Origin: Candidatus Saganbacteria bacterium
GTDB taxonomy: Bacteria; Margulisbacteria; WOR-1; O2-12-FULL-45-9
Assembly (NCBI GenBank): GCA_016219705.1
Contig: JACRKQ010000012.1
Span: forward strand, 1 to 59,466
Direction of reading: 5' to 3'
Length of the DNA: 59,466 nucleotides
The stretch's first letter is position 1, and the number at the start of each line of letters is the position of its first letter. The translations under genes and the position numbers were made by a program. Below the pieces are notes generated by a model. The model saw only the letters and a list, made by a program, of their open reading frames with translations, was not told where the DNA came from and did not search any database. Positions 28,838-40,303 of this stretch are shown piece after piece.

Positions 28838-30004
28838 ATGAAAATGTCCCAATTGCTGGTGCCAACGCTTCGTGAGGATCCTGCTGAAGCTGAAATAGTA
28901 TCTCATCGCCTCCTATTACGGGCTGGTTTTATCCGCAAAGTTGCCGCTGGTATTTATACTTATCTTCCTTTAGGCTTAAAAGTCCTCCATAAAGTCGAAA
29001 ACGTTATCCGTGAAGAGATGAACCGGGCGGGCGCCCAGGAGATCTTTATGCCGGTTTTACTACCGGCCGAACTTTGGAAAGAAACCAATCGTTGGGACCA
29101 ATATGGCAAAGAACTTTTCCGCATTGCCGACCGCCATGAGCGCCAATTCTGTCTCGGTCCTACCCACGAAGAAGTCATTACCGATATAGTGCGTTCTTCA
29201 ATCCACTCATACCGCAATCTTCCGGTAACACTTTATCAAATCCAGACTAAATTTCGTGATGAGATCCGGCCCCGCTTTGGCTTGATGCGCGGCCGTGAAT
29301 TCATGATGAAAGACGCCTACAGTTTCCACGCTTCCGCAGAAGATCTTGACCGAGAATATAAAAACATGCACGCGGCCTACTGCCGGATTTTTGATCGTCT
29401 GGGGTTGAAATATCAGGTGATCAAGGCGGATTCCGGGCTGATCGGCGGCGAATTTTCCGAAGAATTCAACGTCATCGCCGACGCGGGGGAGAATGAATTG
29501 CCGGACGGGAAGCGCGGAATTGAGGTGGGCCACATTTTTAAGCTCGGGACCAAATATTCTGAAAGCATGAAATGCGTCTACCTTGACGAGAACAATGTTG
29601 AGAAACCGATGACCATGGGGTGTTACGGCATTGGCGTTGGCCGAACCGCCCAGGCGGCGATTGAGCAAAATCACGATGCCAACGGCATTATCTGGCCGGT
29701 ACCGCTGGCGCCGTTTCAGGCAGCTATTATTCCTGTTAACACAACTTTGCCGGAACAAATGGCGACGTCAGATCAGTTATATAAAGCCGGACAAGCAATT
29801 GGTCTAGATATGTTACTGGATGACCGAGAACAAAGGGTTGGCGTAAAACTCAAAGATATCGACCTGATCGGTATACCGGTTAAGGTTATTATTGGTAAAG
29901 CGCTGGCGGAAGGGAATGTCGAACTTAAATTGCGCAGGACAGGGGAGACAAAATTGGTCCCGGTTGCTGCGGCAATCAAAGAGCTTCAAGGACTGCTGGG
30001 ATGA
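28838..30004 (+). CDS. proS: Proline-tRNA ligase, short form without INS editing domain
   Basis: PTLREDP..AE..SH.LL, LGPTHEE, FRDE.RPRFGLMRGREF.MKD, GIEVGHIF.LG, MGCYGIG. Confidence 0.95.
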   Translation: MKMSQLLVPTLREDPAEAEIVSHRLLLRAGFIRKVAAGIYTYLPLGLKVLHKVENVIREEMNRAGAQEIFMPVLLPAELWKETNRWDQYGKELFRIADRHERQFCLGPTHEEVITDIVRSSIHSYRNLPVTLYQIQTKFRDEIRPRFGLMRGREFMMKDAYSFHASAEDLDREYKNMHAAYCRIFDRLGLKYQVIKADSGLIGGEFSEEFNVIADAGENELPDGKRGIEVGHIFKLGTKYSESMKCVYLDENNVEKPMTMGCYGIGVGRTAQAAIEQNHDANGIIWPVPLAPFQAAIIPVNTTLPEQMATSDQLYKAGQAIGLDMLLDDREQRVGVKLKDIDLIGIPVKVIIGKALAEGNVELKLRRTGETKLVPVAAAIKELQGLLG

Positions 30005-31419
30005 AGGATTCTCGCTGCTGCGCCAGCGAATTAAAACTAAAAGACGCCTGCGGCGTTTTTGGCGTTTATTCTTTTAACGGCGCCAACCTGGCCAAGCCGA
30101 CATATTACGGCCTTTTTTCCCTCCAGCATCGCGGCCAGGAATCGGCGGGAATTTATGTCTCCGATGGCCGGCGTTTCAAAGGGCGAGCGGGGATGGGGCT
30201 CGTCAACATGATTTTTAACGAGGATAACCTGAAAGAATTAACCGGCCACATTGCCATCGGCCATGTCCGTTATTCTACTACCGGTTCTTCCATTCTGGAG
30301 AATGCCCAGCCGTTTGTCATCGAATCAAAATTTGGCCCGATTGCCGTGGCCCATAATGGGAATTTGATCAACACCAAAGAGCTGCGCGATCACCTGCCTG
30401 ATTATAAATTCAAAGGGACAACCGACACCGAAATTATCGCCGCTCTGCTGGCCAATTCGCCGGAGAGCGATTTTGAAGCCGCGTTAATTAAAACTTTGGC
30501 CCAATGTCGCGGCGCTTTTTCCTTAATAATTATGACCAACGATAAATTGGTCGCGGTCCGCGATCCGCATGGCATCCGGCCGTTATCGATTGGTAAATTA
30601 GACGATGCTTATGTCTTCTCTTCAGAGACCTGCGGCCTTGATGTCGTAGGCGCGGTCTTTGTCCGCGACGTTGATGCGGGAGAACTGGTGATTATTGACG
30701 CGCAAGGTTTGCGTTCCAAGACCTGGAGCCGCGGCGAGCGCGAAGCGATGTGCGTCTTTGAATTTATCTACTTTGCCCGACCGGACAGTTTAATCAAGGG
30801 TCGCAGTTTCCACGATATCCGCGTCCATCTCGGTAAATATCTGGCGGTAGAACAGCCGGCTAATGCCGATATGGTCATCGCCGTCCCTGATTCTGGGATT
30901 CCGGCGGCGATCGGTTATGCGTCGGAGTCGGGGATCCCATTTTCTGAAGGTTTAATCAAGAACCGCTATATCGGCCGGACTTTTATCCAGCCGACGCAGG
31001 CCTTGCGCGACATCGGGGTAAAGATGAAGCTCAATCCGATCCGCGATGCGGTGCGCGGCCGAAAAATTGTTTTAATGGATGACTCCATTGTTCGCGGTAC
31101 GACGTCGCGCCAGATCGTCCGGCTGCTGCGGGATTGCGGCGCCCGGGAAGTGCATTTTCGCGTCTCATCCCCGCCCATCATGCACTCCTGTTTTTATGGT
31201 ATTGATACCCCTAGCCGGGCGGATCTGATCGCCGCGAACCTTTCAGTGGAAGGGATCAGAAAATATATTGAAGCCGATAGTTTGGGCTATTTAAGTTTGA
31301 AAAGTTTAACCAAAGCGATAAATTTGCCGGCGGACCGTTCGTGTCTGGCCTGTCTTAATGGCGAATATCCGGTCAACATTCCGGAAAGACTGCAGAGTTT
31401 AAAATTATTTTTTGAATAG
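30001..31419 (+). CDS. purF: Amidophosphoribosyltransferase
   Basis: Propeptide then CGVFG, QHRGQE, GHVRYST, DDSIVRGTT, C..C. Confidence 0.97.
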   Translation: MKDSRCCASELKLKDACGVFGVYSFNGANLAKPTYYGLFSLQHRGQESAGIYVSDGRRFKGRAGMGLVNMIFNEDNLKELTGHIAIGHVRYSTTGSSILENAQPFVIESKFGPIAVAHNGNLINTKELRDHLPDYKFKGTTDTEIIAALLANSPESDFEAALIKTLAQCRGAFSLIIMTNDKLVAVRDPHGIRPLSIGKLDDAYVFSSETCGLDVVGAVFVRDVDAGELVIIDAQGLRSKTWSRGEREAMCVFEFIYFARPDSLIKGRSFHDIRVHLGKYLAVEQPANADMVIAVPDSGIPAAIGYASESGIPFSEGLIKNRYIGRTFIQPTQALRDIGVKMKLNPIRDAVRGRKIVLMDDSIVRGTTSRQIVRLLRDCGAREVHFRVSSPPIMHSCFYGIDTPSRADLIAANLSVEGIRKYIEADSLGYLSLKSLTKAINLPADRSCLACLNGEYPVNIPERLQSLKLFFE

Positions 31420-31427
31420 GAGGAATC

Positions 31428-32411
31428 ATGATAACTTACAAACAAGCGGGAGTTGACATCGACGCGGGAAATGAAGTCGTGAGACGGATCAAGAAATTCG
31501 CCAAAAATATAGGTTTCTTTGGCGGCCTGTATCCCCTGGGAAAAAATTTCCTGGTGGGGACGACCGATGGGGTGGGGACCAAACTTAAAATTGCTTTTAT
31601 GATGAAAAAGCACGACACAATCGGCATCGACCTGGTGGCGATGAATGTCAATGATGTCGTGGCCACCGGGGCTAAGCCGCTTTTTTTTCTCGACTATTTT
31701 GGCTGCCATAAAGTTAATCCTTCCCAGGTGGAAAAAGTTGTCAGAGGGATTGCTGAAGGCTGTAAGCAGGCCGAGTGTGATCTGCTTGGCGGAGAGACAG
31801 CAGAACTTTCCGATATGTACCAAGTCGGAGAATATGACTTAGCTGGCTTTGCCGTCGGTCTGGTGGAAAAACAAAAAGTGATTAACGGTTCAAAAATAAG
31901 AGCGGGTGATAAATTAATTGGCTTAGCTTCAACCGGCTTGCATAGCAATGGCTACACTTTAGCGCGCAAGGTCCTGCTCGACCATGCCAATCTTGATCCT
32001 CGGCAGGAATTGGAAGAGATCGATGGTAAACTGGGAGAGAAACTGCTTATCCCGACAAAGATATACGTTAAACTTATTCTTTCCTTAATAAAGAAGTTTA
32101 AGATTAAAGGGATTGCCCATATTACCGGCGGCGGTTTGCCGGAAAATGTGGCGCGGATCATGCCCAGAAATGTCCAGGCGGTCTTTGATCTTAATGCCTG
32201 GACTGTGCCGCAAATTTTTCGTCTCATCCAGCGTTTAGGTAAAGTTGATCATAACGAAATGTTTCGGACTTTCAACATGGGGATCGGGATGGTAATTGTT
32301 GTTGAGGGCAAAGAAGCTGATAAAGTTATGAAGTACTTAGCCAGCATTAAGGAAAAAGCGTTTCTGGTTGGAGATGTTGAGAGAGGAAAAGGTGAAGTAA
32401 TCATAATTTAA
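31428..32411 (+). CDS. purM: AIR synthetase
   Basis: YKQAGVDI, TDGVGTK, GGETA, GLHSNG, HITGGG, FNMGIG. Confidence 0.97.
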   Translation: MITYKQAGVDIDAGNEVVRRIKKFAKNIGFFGGLYPLGKNFLVGTTDGVGTKLKIAFMMKKHDTIGIDLVAMNVNDVVATGAKPLFFLDYFGCHKVNPSQVEKVVRGIAEGCKQAECDLLGGETAELSDMYQVGEYDLAGFAVGLVEKQKVINGSKIRAGDKLIGLASTGLHSNGYTLARKVLLDHANLDPRQELEEIDGKLGEKLLIPTKIYVKLILSLIKKFKIKGIAHITGGGLPENVARIMPRNVQAVFDLNAWTVPQIFRLIQRLGKVDHNEMFRTFNMGIGMVIVVEGKEADKVMKYLASIKEKAFLVGDVERGKGEVIII

Positions 32412-32541
32412 ATTCTAAGCACTAAATTCGAAATTCTAAACAATATTTAATATCAAAATTCTAATATTTTAAAGTGATTTTGAATTTAGGTTGTTTGAAT
32501 TTAGAATTTGTTTAGAGTTTAGATATTAGGATTTATTAATT
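32410..32541. repeat. AT-rich heptamer-based inverted-repeat element
   Basis: Shares tcgaaattctaaacaa and atttgtttagagtttaga exactly with 58440-58575. Confidence 0.8.
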
Positions 32542-32542
32542 T

Positions 32543-33145
32543 ATGTTAAATCTCGGCGTTTTAATTTCCGGTAAAGGCTCGAATCTGCAAGCGATCATTG
32601 ATGCTTGTGAGAGAGAGAAAATTCCCGCCAGGGTGGCCGTTGTAATCAGCAACAATCCCGAATCTTACGGTTTGGAGCGGGCGAAAAATCACAAGATTCC
32701 GGCAGTAATCCTCAATTCTAAAGATTTTTCCAATAAGAATACTTACGAGTTAGAAATTGTTAAAAACCTAAAACAGTATGATGTTGGTTTAGTTTGTCTC
32801 GCCGGCTATATGCGAATTGTTGGGACTGTCTTGCTGGAGCATTATCCGTCTAAAATTGTTAATATTCACCCCTCGCTTTTGCCGTCGTTTCCAGGACTGC
32901 ATGCTCAAAAACAAGCGCTGGACCATGGGGTGACGGTGACCGGCTGTACCGTCCATTTTGTCAATGAAGGATGTGATACGGGCCCTATAATAATTCAATC
33001 AGCAGTGCCGGTTAAAGAAAAAGATACGGAAGAGACGTTATCAGAAAGAATATTACAACAAGAACACCATATTTATCCGCTGGCGATTGAGTTTATTGCC
33101 AAGGGGAAGTTGAAGATTGAGGGAAGAAGGGTGAAAATTGCTTAG
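32543..33145 (+). CDS. purN: Phosphoribosylglycinamide formyltransferase
   Basis: SGKGSNLQA, LAGYMRI, NIHPSLLP, GCTVHFV. Confidence 0.97.
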   Translation: MLNLGVLISGKGSNLQAIIDACEREKIPARVAVVISNNPESYGLERAKNHKIPAVILNSKDFSNKNTYELEIVKNLKQYDVGLVCLAGYMRIVGTVLLEHYPSKIVNIHPSLLPSFPGLHAQKQALDHGVTVTGCTVHFVNEGCDTGPIIIQSAVPVKEKDTEETLSERILQQEHHIYPLAIEFIAKGKLKIEGRRVKIA

Positions 33146-33455
33146 CCAATTTGGGATGATAAGCAATGAACTTGGTATATCACAAAATATTTATAACGTT
33201 TTATTGATAACATTGCTGATATTTTGCGGAATACTCCTTATCATTTCTCTAATTACCCGTTCAATAGGAAAGTTTATGGGGATGTTAATTTTAGCGTTTA
33301 TCTCCTATTGGATTTCAAGCGGAACTCTTATCGCCGTGTTGCTCTGCGCAATTTCAGGCTTTTTTTATCTTGATAATTTGGGAGGCTTTCTTAGTGAGAA
33401 AAGCTTAGGCAAGAAAAAAAATAATTCTGATATTAAGCAGGGGCCGAATTGCTAA
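33138..33455 (+). CDS. Small membrane hypothetical protein (start uncertain)
   Basis: Three hydrophobic segments; sits between purN and purH. Confidence 0.5.
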   Translation: MLSQFGMISNELGISQNIYNVLLITLLIFCGILLIISLITRSIGKFMGMLILAFISYWISSGTLIAVLLCAISGFFYLDNLGGFLSEKSLGKKKNNSDIKQGPNC

Positions 33456-33521
33456 CCAATTTCATGTTATAATTTTAGTTGCAAAAAATATCAATTAAAG
33501 AAAGGAAGTCCTGTTTATAAA

Positions 33522-35168
33522 ATGAAAAAGAAAAAACGGCCCATAATGGCCCATAAAGTGTTAAAAGGCAAGAAGGTAAAAAAGATAAAAATAAAAAAGA
33601 CAGAGACATTAAAAAAATACGCATTATTGTCGGTTTCGGATAAAAAAGGACTTGATAAACTAGCCAAAGGCTTAAAAGATCTAGGTTTTGAAATTATTTC
33701 ATCGGGCGGAACAGCGAAGTTTTTACGTAAAGCCGGCGTTCGGGTTGCTGAAGTTTCCAAATTAACGAAATATCCTCACATGCTTGATGGCCGGGTCAAA
33801 ACTTTACATCCCGTAATCCATGCAGCAATTTTAGCTGACCAAACTAATCCCAAACATTTGAAAGAATTAAAAAAATATCGGATCAACCCTTTCCAATTAG
33901 TGGTCTGTAATCTTTATCCCTTTGAGCATGTGATTAGCAAACAGAATTTTACCCAGGCGGAAGCTATTGAAAATATCGATATAGGCGGGCCGTGTATGGT
34001 CCGTGCGGCGGCGAAGAACCATAATAGCGTGGCGATTGTCGTCGATCCCGAAGATTACGGGCGGATACTGGAAGAATTAACGGCTAGTGGAAACATCAGT
34101 TTGGCAACCAGACAGCAACTGGCGCTTAAAGCTTTCAGCCATACTAAATATTATGATTCAGTGATTGTTAATTATTTGCAGGGTGAATTTGCTTCTAGTG
34201 AAGATTTTGCTCCCCATCAGGAAATCCATCTCGAAAAAACCCAAACACTGCGCTATGGGGAAAATCCGCACCAACGCGCCGCCCTTTACCGAGAAATTGT
34301 CAGTCAGGCCAAAAATCGCGGCGCCCAGGTAACTGACGCGAAACAATTGCATGGTAAAGAATTGTCTTTTAATAATTATGTCGATATGGACGCGGCCTGG
34401 ACGCTGGTCAATTATTTTGCTGATACGACAGTGGCGATTATCAAGCATACCAATCCCTGCGGCGTGGCTAAAGGCAAAACTTTGGTTGAAGCTTATCAAA
34501 AGGCTTTTGCCTGTGATCCTGTCTCGGCTTTTGGCGGTATTATTGCCGCCAATCGTCGTTTTGATGAAGAGACAGCAGCGGCTTTGCAAGATTTGTTTGT
34601 CGAAGTGATAATTGCCCCGGCTTATACTCCCAGGGCGCTGGAAATTCTCCGGGGAAAGAAAAATCTCCGCATTATGGAAATGGGAGAGAAAGCAGTCGGT
34701 AAACCCTTTATGGGTTTAGATTATAAACGGATCAGCGGCGGGATGCTGGTGCAGGATCCTGACATTGCTCAATTAGCTGTCAATGATATCAAAACGATGA
34801 CCAAACGTGAACCGAGTTTGCAGGAGATGGATGATCTCTTTTTTGCCTGGGGTGTGGCCAAACATGCCAAGTCCAACACCATTGTCCTGGTAAAAAATGG
34901 GGTGGCGATTGGTGTGGGTGTGGGACAGATGAGTCGCATCGAAGCGGCCGAGTTGGCCGTGCGCCGATCTCGAATCGATGTTAAAGGTTCTGTTTTAGCT
35001 TCAGATGCTTTCTTTCCCTTTGCTGACGTAGTAGAATTAGCGGCGAAGCATGGAATTATTGCTATCATCCAACCGGGTGGAGCAAAGCGGGATCAAGAAT
35101 CAATCGCCGCGGCCAACGCGGCCGACATGACGATGGTCTTCACTGGCCGCCGGCACTTTAAGCATTGA
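33522..35168 (+). CDS. purH: Bifunctional AICAR transformylase/IMP cyclohydrolase
   Basis: ALLSVSDK, GRVKTLHP, IDIGGP, LRYGENPHQ, SDAFFPF, RHFKH. Confidence 0.97.
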   Translation: MKKKKRPIMAHKVLKGKKVKKIKIKKTETLKKYALLSVSDKKGLDKLAKGLKDLGFEIISSGGTAKFLRKAGVRVAEVSKLTKYPHMLDGRVKTLHPVIHAAILADQTNPKHLKELKKYRINPFQLVVCNLYPFEHVISKQNFTQAEAIENIDIGGPCMVRAAAKNHNSVAIVVDPEDYGRILEELTASGNISLATRQQLALKAFSHTKYYDSVIVNYLQGEFASSEDFAPHQEIHLEKTQTLRYGENPHQRAALYREIVSQAKNRGAQVTDAKQLHGKELSFNNYVDMDAAWTLVNYFADTTVAIIKHTNPCGVAKGKTLVEAYQKAFACDPVSAFGGIIAANRRFDEETAAALQDLFVEVIIAPAYTPRALEILRGKKNLRIMEMGEKAVGKPFMGLDYKRISGGMLVQDPDIAQLAVNDIKTMTKREPSLQEMDDLFFAWGVAKHAKSNTIVLVKNGVAIGVGVGQMSRIEAAELAVRRSRIDVKGSVLASDAFFPFADVVELAAKHGIIAIIQPGGAKRDQESIAAANAADMTMVFTGRRHFKH

Positions 35169-35185
35169 TTCAAGGAGGCAAAACG

Positions 35186-36343
35186 ATGAGACGCAGGGCT
35201 TTAATGTTTTTGTTTATGGCGGTCACTTTAACAAGTCTGGTTGTAGCAGATGACGGTGCTGTCTCTCGCTTGCAGTCTAACATCGCTGGTTTGAGTTTAG
35301 GCTACGTGAAAGTTGGTTCCAGAGAAGTTGGTTCGCTGGCCTGGCATCCCGATTTTAAATTGGGGCCGTATGGCCTGGGGGCTGATGTCAATTTATTTCT
35401 CGGGCAGGATAAGCCAATTGGCTACGATAATCTTGTCTTGCGGTATTTAGAATATAACGATGGAAAAAAAGGCTTGCGCTATGGCGTGATAGAAAATTTA
35501 ACCTGGGGGCATGGGTTACTTTTGGACAAATATTCCACGCGGGCTTATGGGACATTAGTTTTAAATAACGAGCAGTTAGCCTATTTAGGTTTCGTTGATC
35601 TTGATTCTTATGTGGTGCGGGCGTTATTGACTAAAAGAGGCTTATATGGGGTGCGGGTGGAAGAACGTATTAACCCAATGCTTCGTTTGGGGCAGACGTA
35701 TATTGCTGACAATAGCGGCGTAACGCCGCTGGGGACGACGGAGAGCCAAAAAATTTCCGGTCTCGGTTTAGATGCCACAGTCCCTTTGCCCCTTAACTTT
35801 GAAGGTTTTGCCGAATATGCCCAGTTGATCGGTAAAGGGAGCGGCTATGGCGCAGGACTCTCCTGGGGCTATGACATGATGGTGGCCAACGCCTCATTTT
35901 TGGCAGAATATCGTGTGCTGGATAAAAACTTTGTCCCCGGTTATTATGGGCCGGACTATGAAACCAATCCGATTAATTTAAGTTCTGCCGAGGCGACAGG
36001 GAATGTCAAAAATGGTTATCTGGCTAAATTGGATGTTAATGCCTTGGGATTAGCTAGTCTGAAAGCAATTTATGAGAAATATAATGACAGCAACTCCGGT
36101 TCGCTCAATGCCGATTTAACGGCCAAATTACCGCAGGATGTGGAAGCCAATTACTATTATAAACAGCCAAATTTTTCTAATTTTCGTTCTCTGTCCTTTG
36201 AAGATGGGGCGATCTTAGGCGGTTCGCTTGCCTATCCGATTAATCCTTTCAGCAAGGTGGTTTTGCACTACAAAAAGGCTTATAATCCGATAACGGCTAA
36301 AGTTGAAGAATCGCAGTATTATGAGTTGCGGTTGAGTTTTTAA
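35186..36343 (+). CDS. Exported hypothetical protein, likely outer membrane beta-barrel
   Basis: AAGGAGG RBS, signal peptide, amphipathic strands, C-terminal F. Confidence 0.65.
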   Translation: MRRRALMFLFMAVTLTSLVVADDGAVSRLQSNIAGLSLGYVKVGSREVGSLAWHPDFKLGPYGLGADVNLFLGQDKPIGYDNLVLRYLEYNDGKKGLRYGVIENLTWGHGLLLDKYSTRAYGTLVLNNEQLAYLGFVDLDSYVVRALLTKRGLYGVRVEERINPMLRLGQTYIADNSGVTPLGTTESQKISGLGLDATVPLPLNFEGFAEYAQLIGKGSGYGAGLSWGYDMMVANASFLAEYRVLDKNFVPGYYGPDYETNPINLSSAEATGNVKNGYLAKLDVNALGLASLKAIYEKYNDSNSGSLNADLTAKLPQDVEANYYYKQPNFSNFRSLSFEDGAILGGSLAYPINPFSKVVLHYKKAYNPITAKVEESQYYELRLSF

Positions 36344-36407
36344 AAACTGATCTCTGACCTCTTCCTGGTGTTTTTTAGGAGCAAAAAGTTTATTGGAGGT
36401 GTTAATT

Positions 36408-36647
36408 TTGGAGAAAAAAAATGATGCATTTGCAAAGTTGATGAATAGGTTATGTCGAACTTCCAAGTATGTCGGAAAGCATGTGGCGGTAATTAAGGGG
36501 AATATTGTTGTGGCTGTTTCTAAAAGTCAGTTTGCAGTCTATAAAATGGCTAAAAAGATATATCCCAAAGAAACTCTGGGCATATATTATGTGCCAACAG
36601 CCAAGGAGGCTTTGACGGCTTTATGCAATATCCTTACGCGGAAATAA
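36408..36647 (+). CDS. DUF5678-like small protein
   Basis: KY.GKHVAV...IVV...A.K.YP; GGAGGT RBS before TTG. Confidence 0.6.
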   Translation: MEKKNDAFAKLMNRLCRTSKYVGKHVAVIKGNIVVAVSKSQFAVYKMAKKIYPKETLGIYYVPTAKEALTALCNILTRK

Positions 36648-37021
36648 AGCCGGAAATATTTGCTCCGGTTGTGGAGCTGCAAATTTTTGGTGAAGAATGG
36701 GTTTCCTTTAATTTATTTGTTGATACTGGGGCAAGTTTTACCATTTTTCATTCTGAAACCGCACGCCTTTTAGGGATAAATTATAGGAAAGGCGCACTAG
36801 TTTTTCTCACAGTTGGCGATGGCAGGCAAATTCCTGTGTATCGACATAAGTTAAAAGTTCTGTTTTCTGGCCAGGAATTTAAGGCGATAATTGGTTTTTC
36901 TTCAAGATTAGGAGTTGGCTTTCATCTTCTCGGTCGGGAAGATTTTTTTGAGAATTTCAGAATTTGTTTTAACGATCGGGATAAAGTGCTGGAAACGACT
37001 TTTTTGGAAAGCGGAAAATAA
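36623..37021 (+). CDS. Retropepsin-like aspartyl protease
   Basis: VDTGAS and LLGREDFF motifs. Confidence 0.8.
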   Translation: MQYPYAEIKPEIFAPVVELQIFGEEWVSFNLFVDTGASFTIFHSETARLLGINYRKGALVFLTVGDGRQIPVYRHKLKVLFSGQEFKAIIGFSSRLGVGFHLLGREDFFENFRICFNDRDKVLETTFLESGK

Positions 37022-37024
37022 ACA

Positions 37025-38503
<1,479 letters not shown>

Positions 38504-38528
38504 GCAACCTTGATTTTAGGAGGGAAGC

Positions 38529-39074
38529 ATGAAGAAAATTATCAGTTTGATGTTTTGTCTCTTAATTGTTTTTGCTTTTTGTGCTGATGCTGCCCAAAAA
38601 ACAGTTTTACCACCTAAGCTAAAAATAACTAAAACAAAGAATATTGTCATTCGTCCTGCTCCAGTTCCTTTAGCTGTGAAATCCAAATTAGCTCCGGTTA
38701 AAAGGCTGGTCCTTGAGGCGGGGTTTGCCGGTGGCGCCGGTTTACTTGATTTGGGATATTTATTCCCGCTGTCGGGGAAACCATTTGATCTGAAAGTGAA
38801 CGGGGGGATTGGTTTTGGCAACGGATACAATCTCTGGCTTTTACAAGGGCAATTACGGCATGCTTTTAATTCTGAAAGTTTTGGCGGGATAAGTTTGGAT
38901 TGGGCAAATTATTCGGAAACCGTGAGGAACCTTATTGGTCTTTCTGGCAATGTTGCCAAAGGGGGCAACTTTGGCGTTGGGATCTTTACCGGCAGGATTT
39001 TTGATAAATACAATGTCAAAATCGGTTATAGTTCTGTTTTAGGCGTGAATGTCTCTGTCGGTCTGATGTTTTAG
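38529..39074 (+). CDS. Exported hypothetical protein, small beta-barrel-like
   Basis: Signal peptide, Gly/aromatic strands, C-terminal F. Confidence 0.6.
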   Translation: MKKIISLMFCLLIVFAFCADAAQKTVLPPKLKITKTKNIVIRPAPVPLAVKSKLAPVKRLVLEAGFAGGAGLLDLGYLFPLSGKPFDLKVNGGIGFGNGYNLWLLQGQLRHAFNSESFGGISLDWANYSETVRNLIGLSGNVAKGGNFGVGIFTGRIFDKYNVKIGYSSVLGVNVSVGLMF

Positions 39075-39079
39075 TTGTT

Positions 39080-39133
39080 TTACCGTCTTATAATTTTACC
39101 AGAGGTTAAGTCAATTACTTGGGGACTTTTTTT
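39080..39133 (-). repeat. Diverged duplicate of the tsaC 3' end
   Basis: 48 of 54 bp match 39689-39742; reads KSPQVIDLTSGKIIRR*. Confidence 0.9.
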
Positions 39134-39175
39134 ATGCTACAATTTAAGAAAGATTATTAAAAAAGGTGGTTTTAA

Positions 39176-39418
39176 ATGAACGCAATAGATGTTAAATACG
39201 CGAAGAAAAAATTAGGACAACTTTTGGCAGGAGTGAATGAGTCTCACGAGCCGGTTTATATAGTCGGTAAAAAATCTTCGGCTGTGATGATTAGCGAAGA
39301 AGACTGGAGCGCGATAGAAGAAACCCTCTGTTTATTGTCTATGCCTGGAATGAGACAGTCCATTATTAAAGGATTAAAGACACCTATTGAAAAATGCCTT
39401 AAAAAATTGGATTGGTAA
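39176..39418 (+). CDS. yefM: Phd/YefM antitoxin
   Basis: V.ESHEPV.I.GK...AV.ISEEDW.AI.ETL.LLS.PGM. Confidence 0.9.
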   Translation: MNAIDVKYAKKKLGQLLAGVNESHEPVYIVGKKSSAVMISEEDWSAIEETLCLLSMPGMRQSIIKGLKTPIEKCLKKLDW

Positions 39419-39678
39419 TGTATAAGATTGTTTATACCAAGCAGGCGCAAAAAGACGCCAAAAGGCTTGCTGTTTCCGGATTAAAAGAGAAGACGCAGAA
39501 GCTATTAAAATTATTGGAAGAAAACCCATTTCGCAATCCGCCTGCTTTTGAAAAATTAATGGGGGATTTAAGCGGGGCGTGTTCCCGCAGGATTAATATC
39601 CAGCATAGGCTTGTTTACCAGATTTATGAAAAATTAAAAATTATAAAGATTATTAGAATGTGGTCTCACTACGAATAG
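39418..39678 (+). CDS. yoeB: Txe/YoeB toxin
   Basis: NPP.FEKL.GDL.G..SRRINIQHRLVY, MWSHYE. Confidence 0.93.
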   Translation: MYKIVYTKQAQKDAKRLAVSGLKEKTQKLLKLLEENPFRNPPAFEKLMGDLSGACSRRINIQHRLVYQIYEKLKIIKIIRMWSHYE

Positions 39679-39688
39679 TAATCCCCAC

Positions 39689-40228
39689 TTACCGTCTTAT
39701 AATTTTACCAGTGATTAAGTTAATCACTTGGGAACTTTTCTTTAGTTTAACCCGGCCGCCAAGGACATAATCAACTGCAAGCATTTTAAGTTGCAGGGAA
39801 CTAGAATTTAAAATTGGTGGTTTGCCAGCGATGTTAGCGGAAGTTGCCGCAATCGGGCCGCAAAGTTTGATTAATTGCAAAATAGTTTTATGCGCGGGAA
39901 TTCTAAGCCCGACAGTTTCCAAACCGCCGGTGATTAATTTGGAGACTTTTTGGGTTTTGGGGACAATCAAAGTATAGGGTCCGGGCCACTTTTTTCTGGC
40001 AAAAGCTAAATCTTTATCATTAAAAATGCCCAATTCCTGTGCTTGCTCAATTGTGCCGATTAAAATTTGTAAAGGTTTACTTCTTGGACGTTTTTTTATT
40101 TTAAATATTCGCCTGATAGCTTGAGGCTGGTTCAAGCAAGCGCCGATGCCAAAAACGGTGTCAGTAGGAAAGGCGATAATGCCGCCGTTAAGGATAATTT
40201 TAACCGCCTGTCTGATTTTATTTTTCAT
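39689..40228 (-). CDS. tsaC: Threonylcarbamoyl-AMP synthase (YrdC/Sua5)
   Basis: FPTDTVFGI, K.RP..KPL, WPGPYT, GLRIP, TSAN. Confidence 0.92.
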   Translation of the reverse strand: MKNKIRQAVKIILNGGIIAFPTDTVFGIGACLNQPQAIRRIFKIKKRPRSKPLQILIGTIEQAQELGIFNDKDLAFARKKWPGPYTLIVPKTQKVSKLITGGLETVGLRIPAHKTILQLIKLCGPIAATSANIAGKPPILNSSSLQLKMLAVDYVLGGRVKLKKSSQVINLITGKIIRR

Positions 40229-40303
40229 TGGTGGCAATTATCGGTCAGAAACGGAAAAAAGTCAAATATACTATCAAATCAGAAAAGTTTATATTATAAT
40301 GAA

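Noticed and set aside
40238-40265. CCGATAA upstream of tsaC as a seventh sigma28-like site
   Set aside because: No matching -35 element at 12 nt; better read as TTGACT-N17-GATAAT (sigma70 type)
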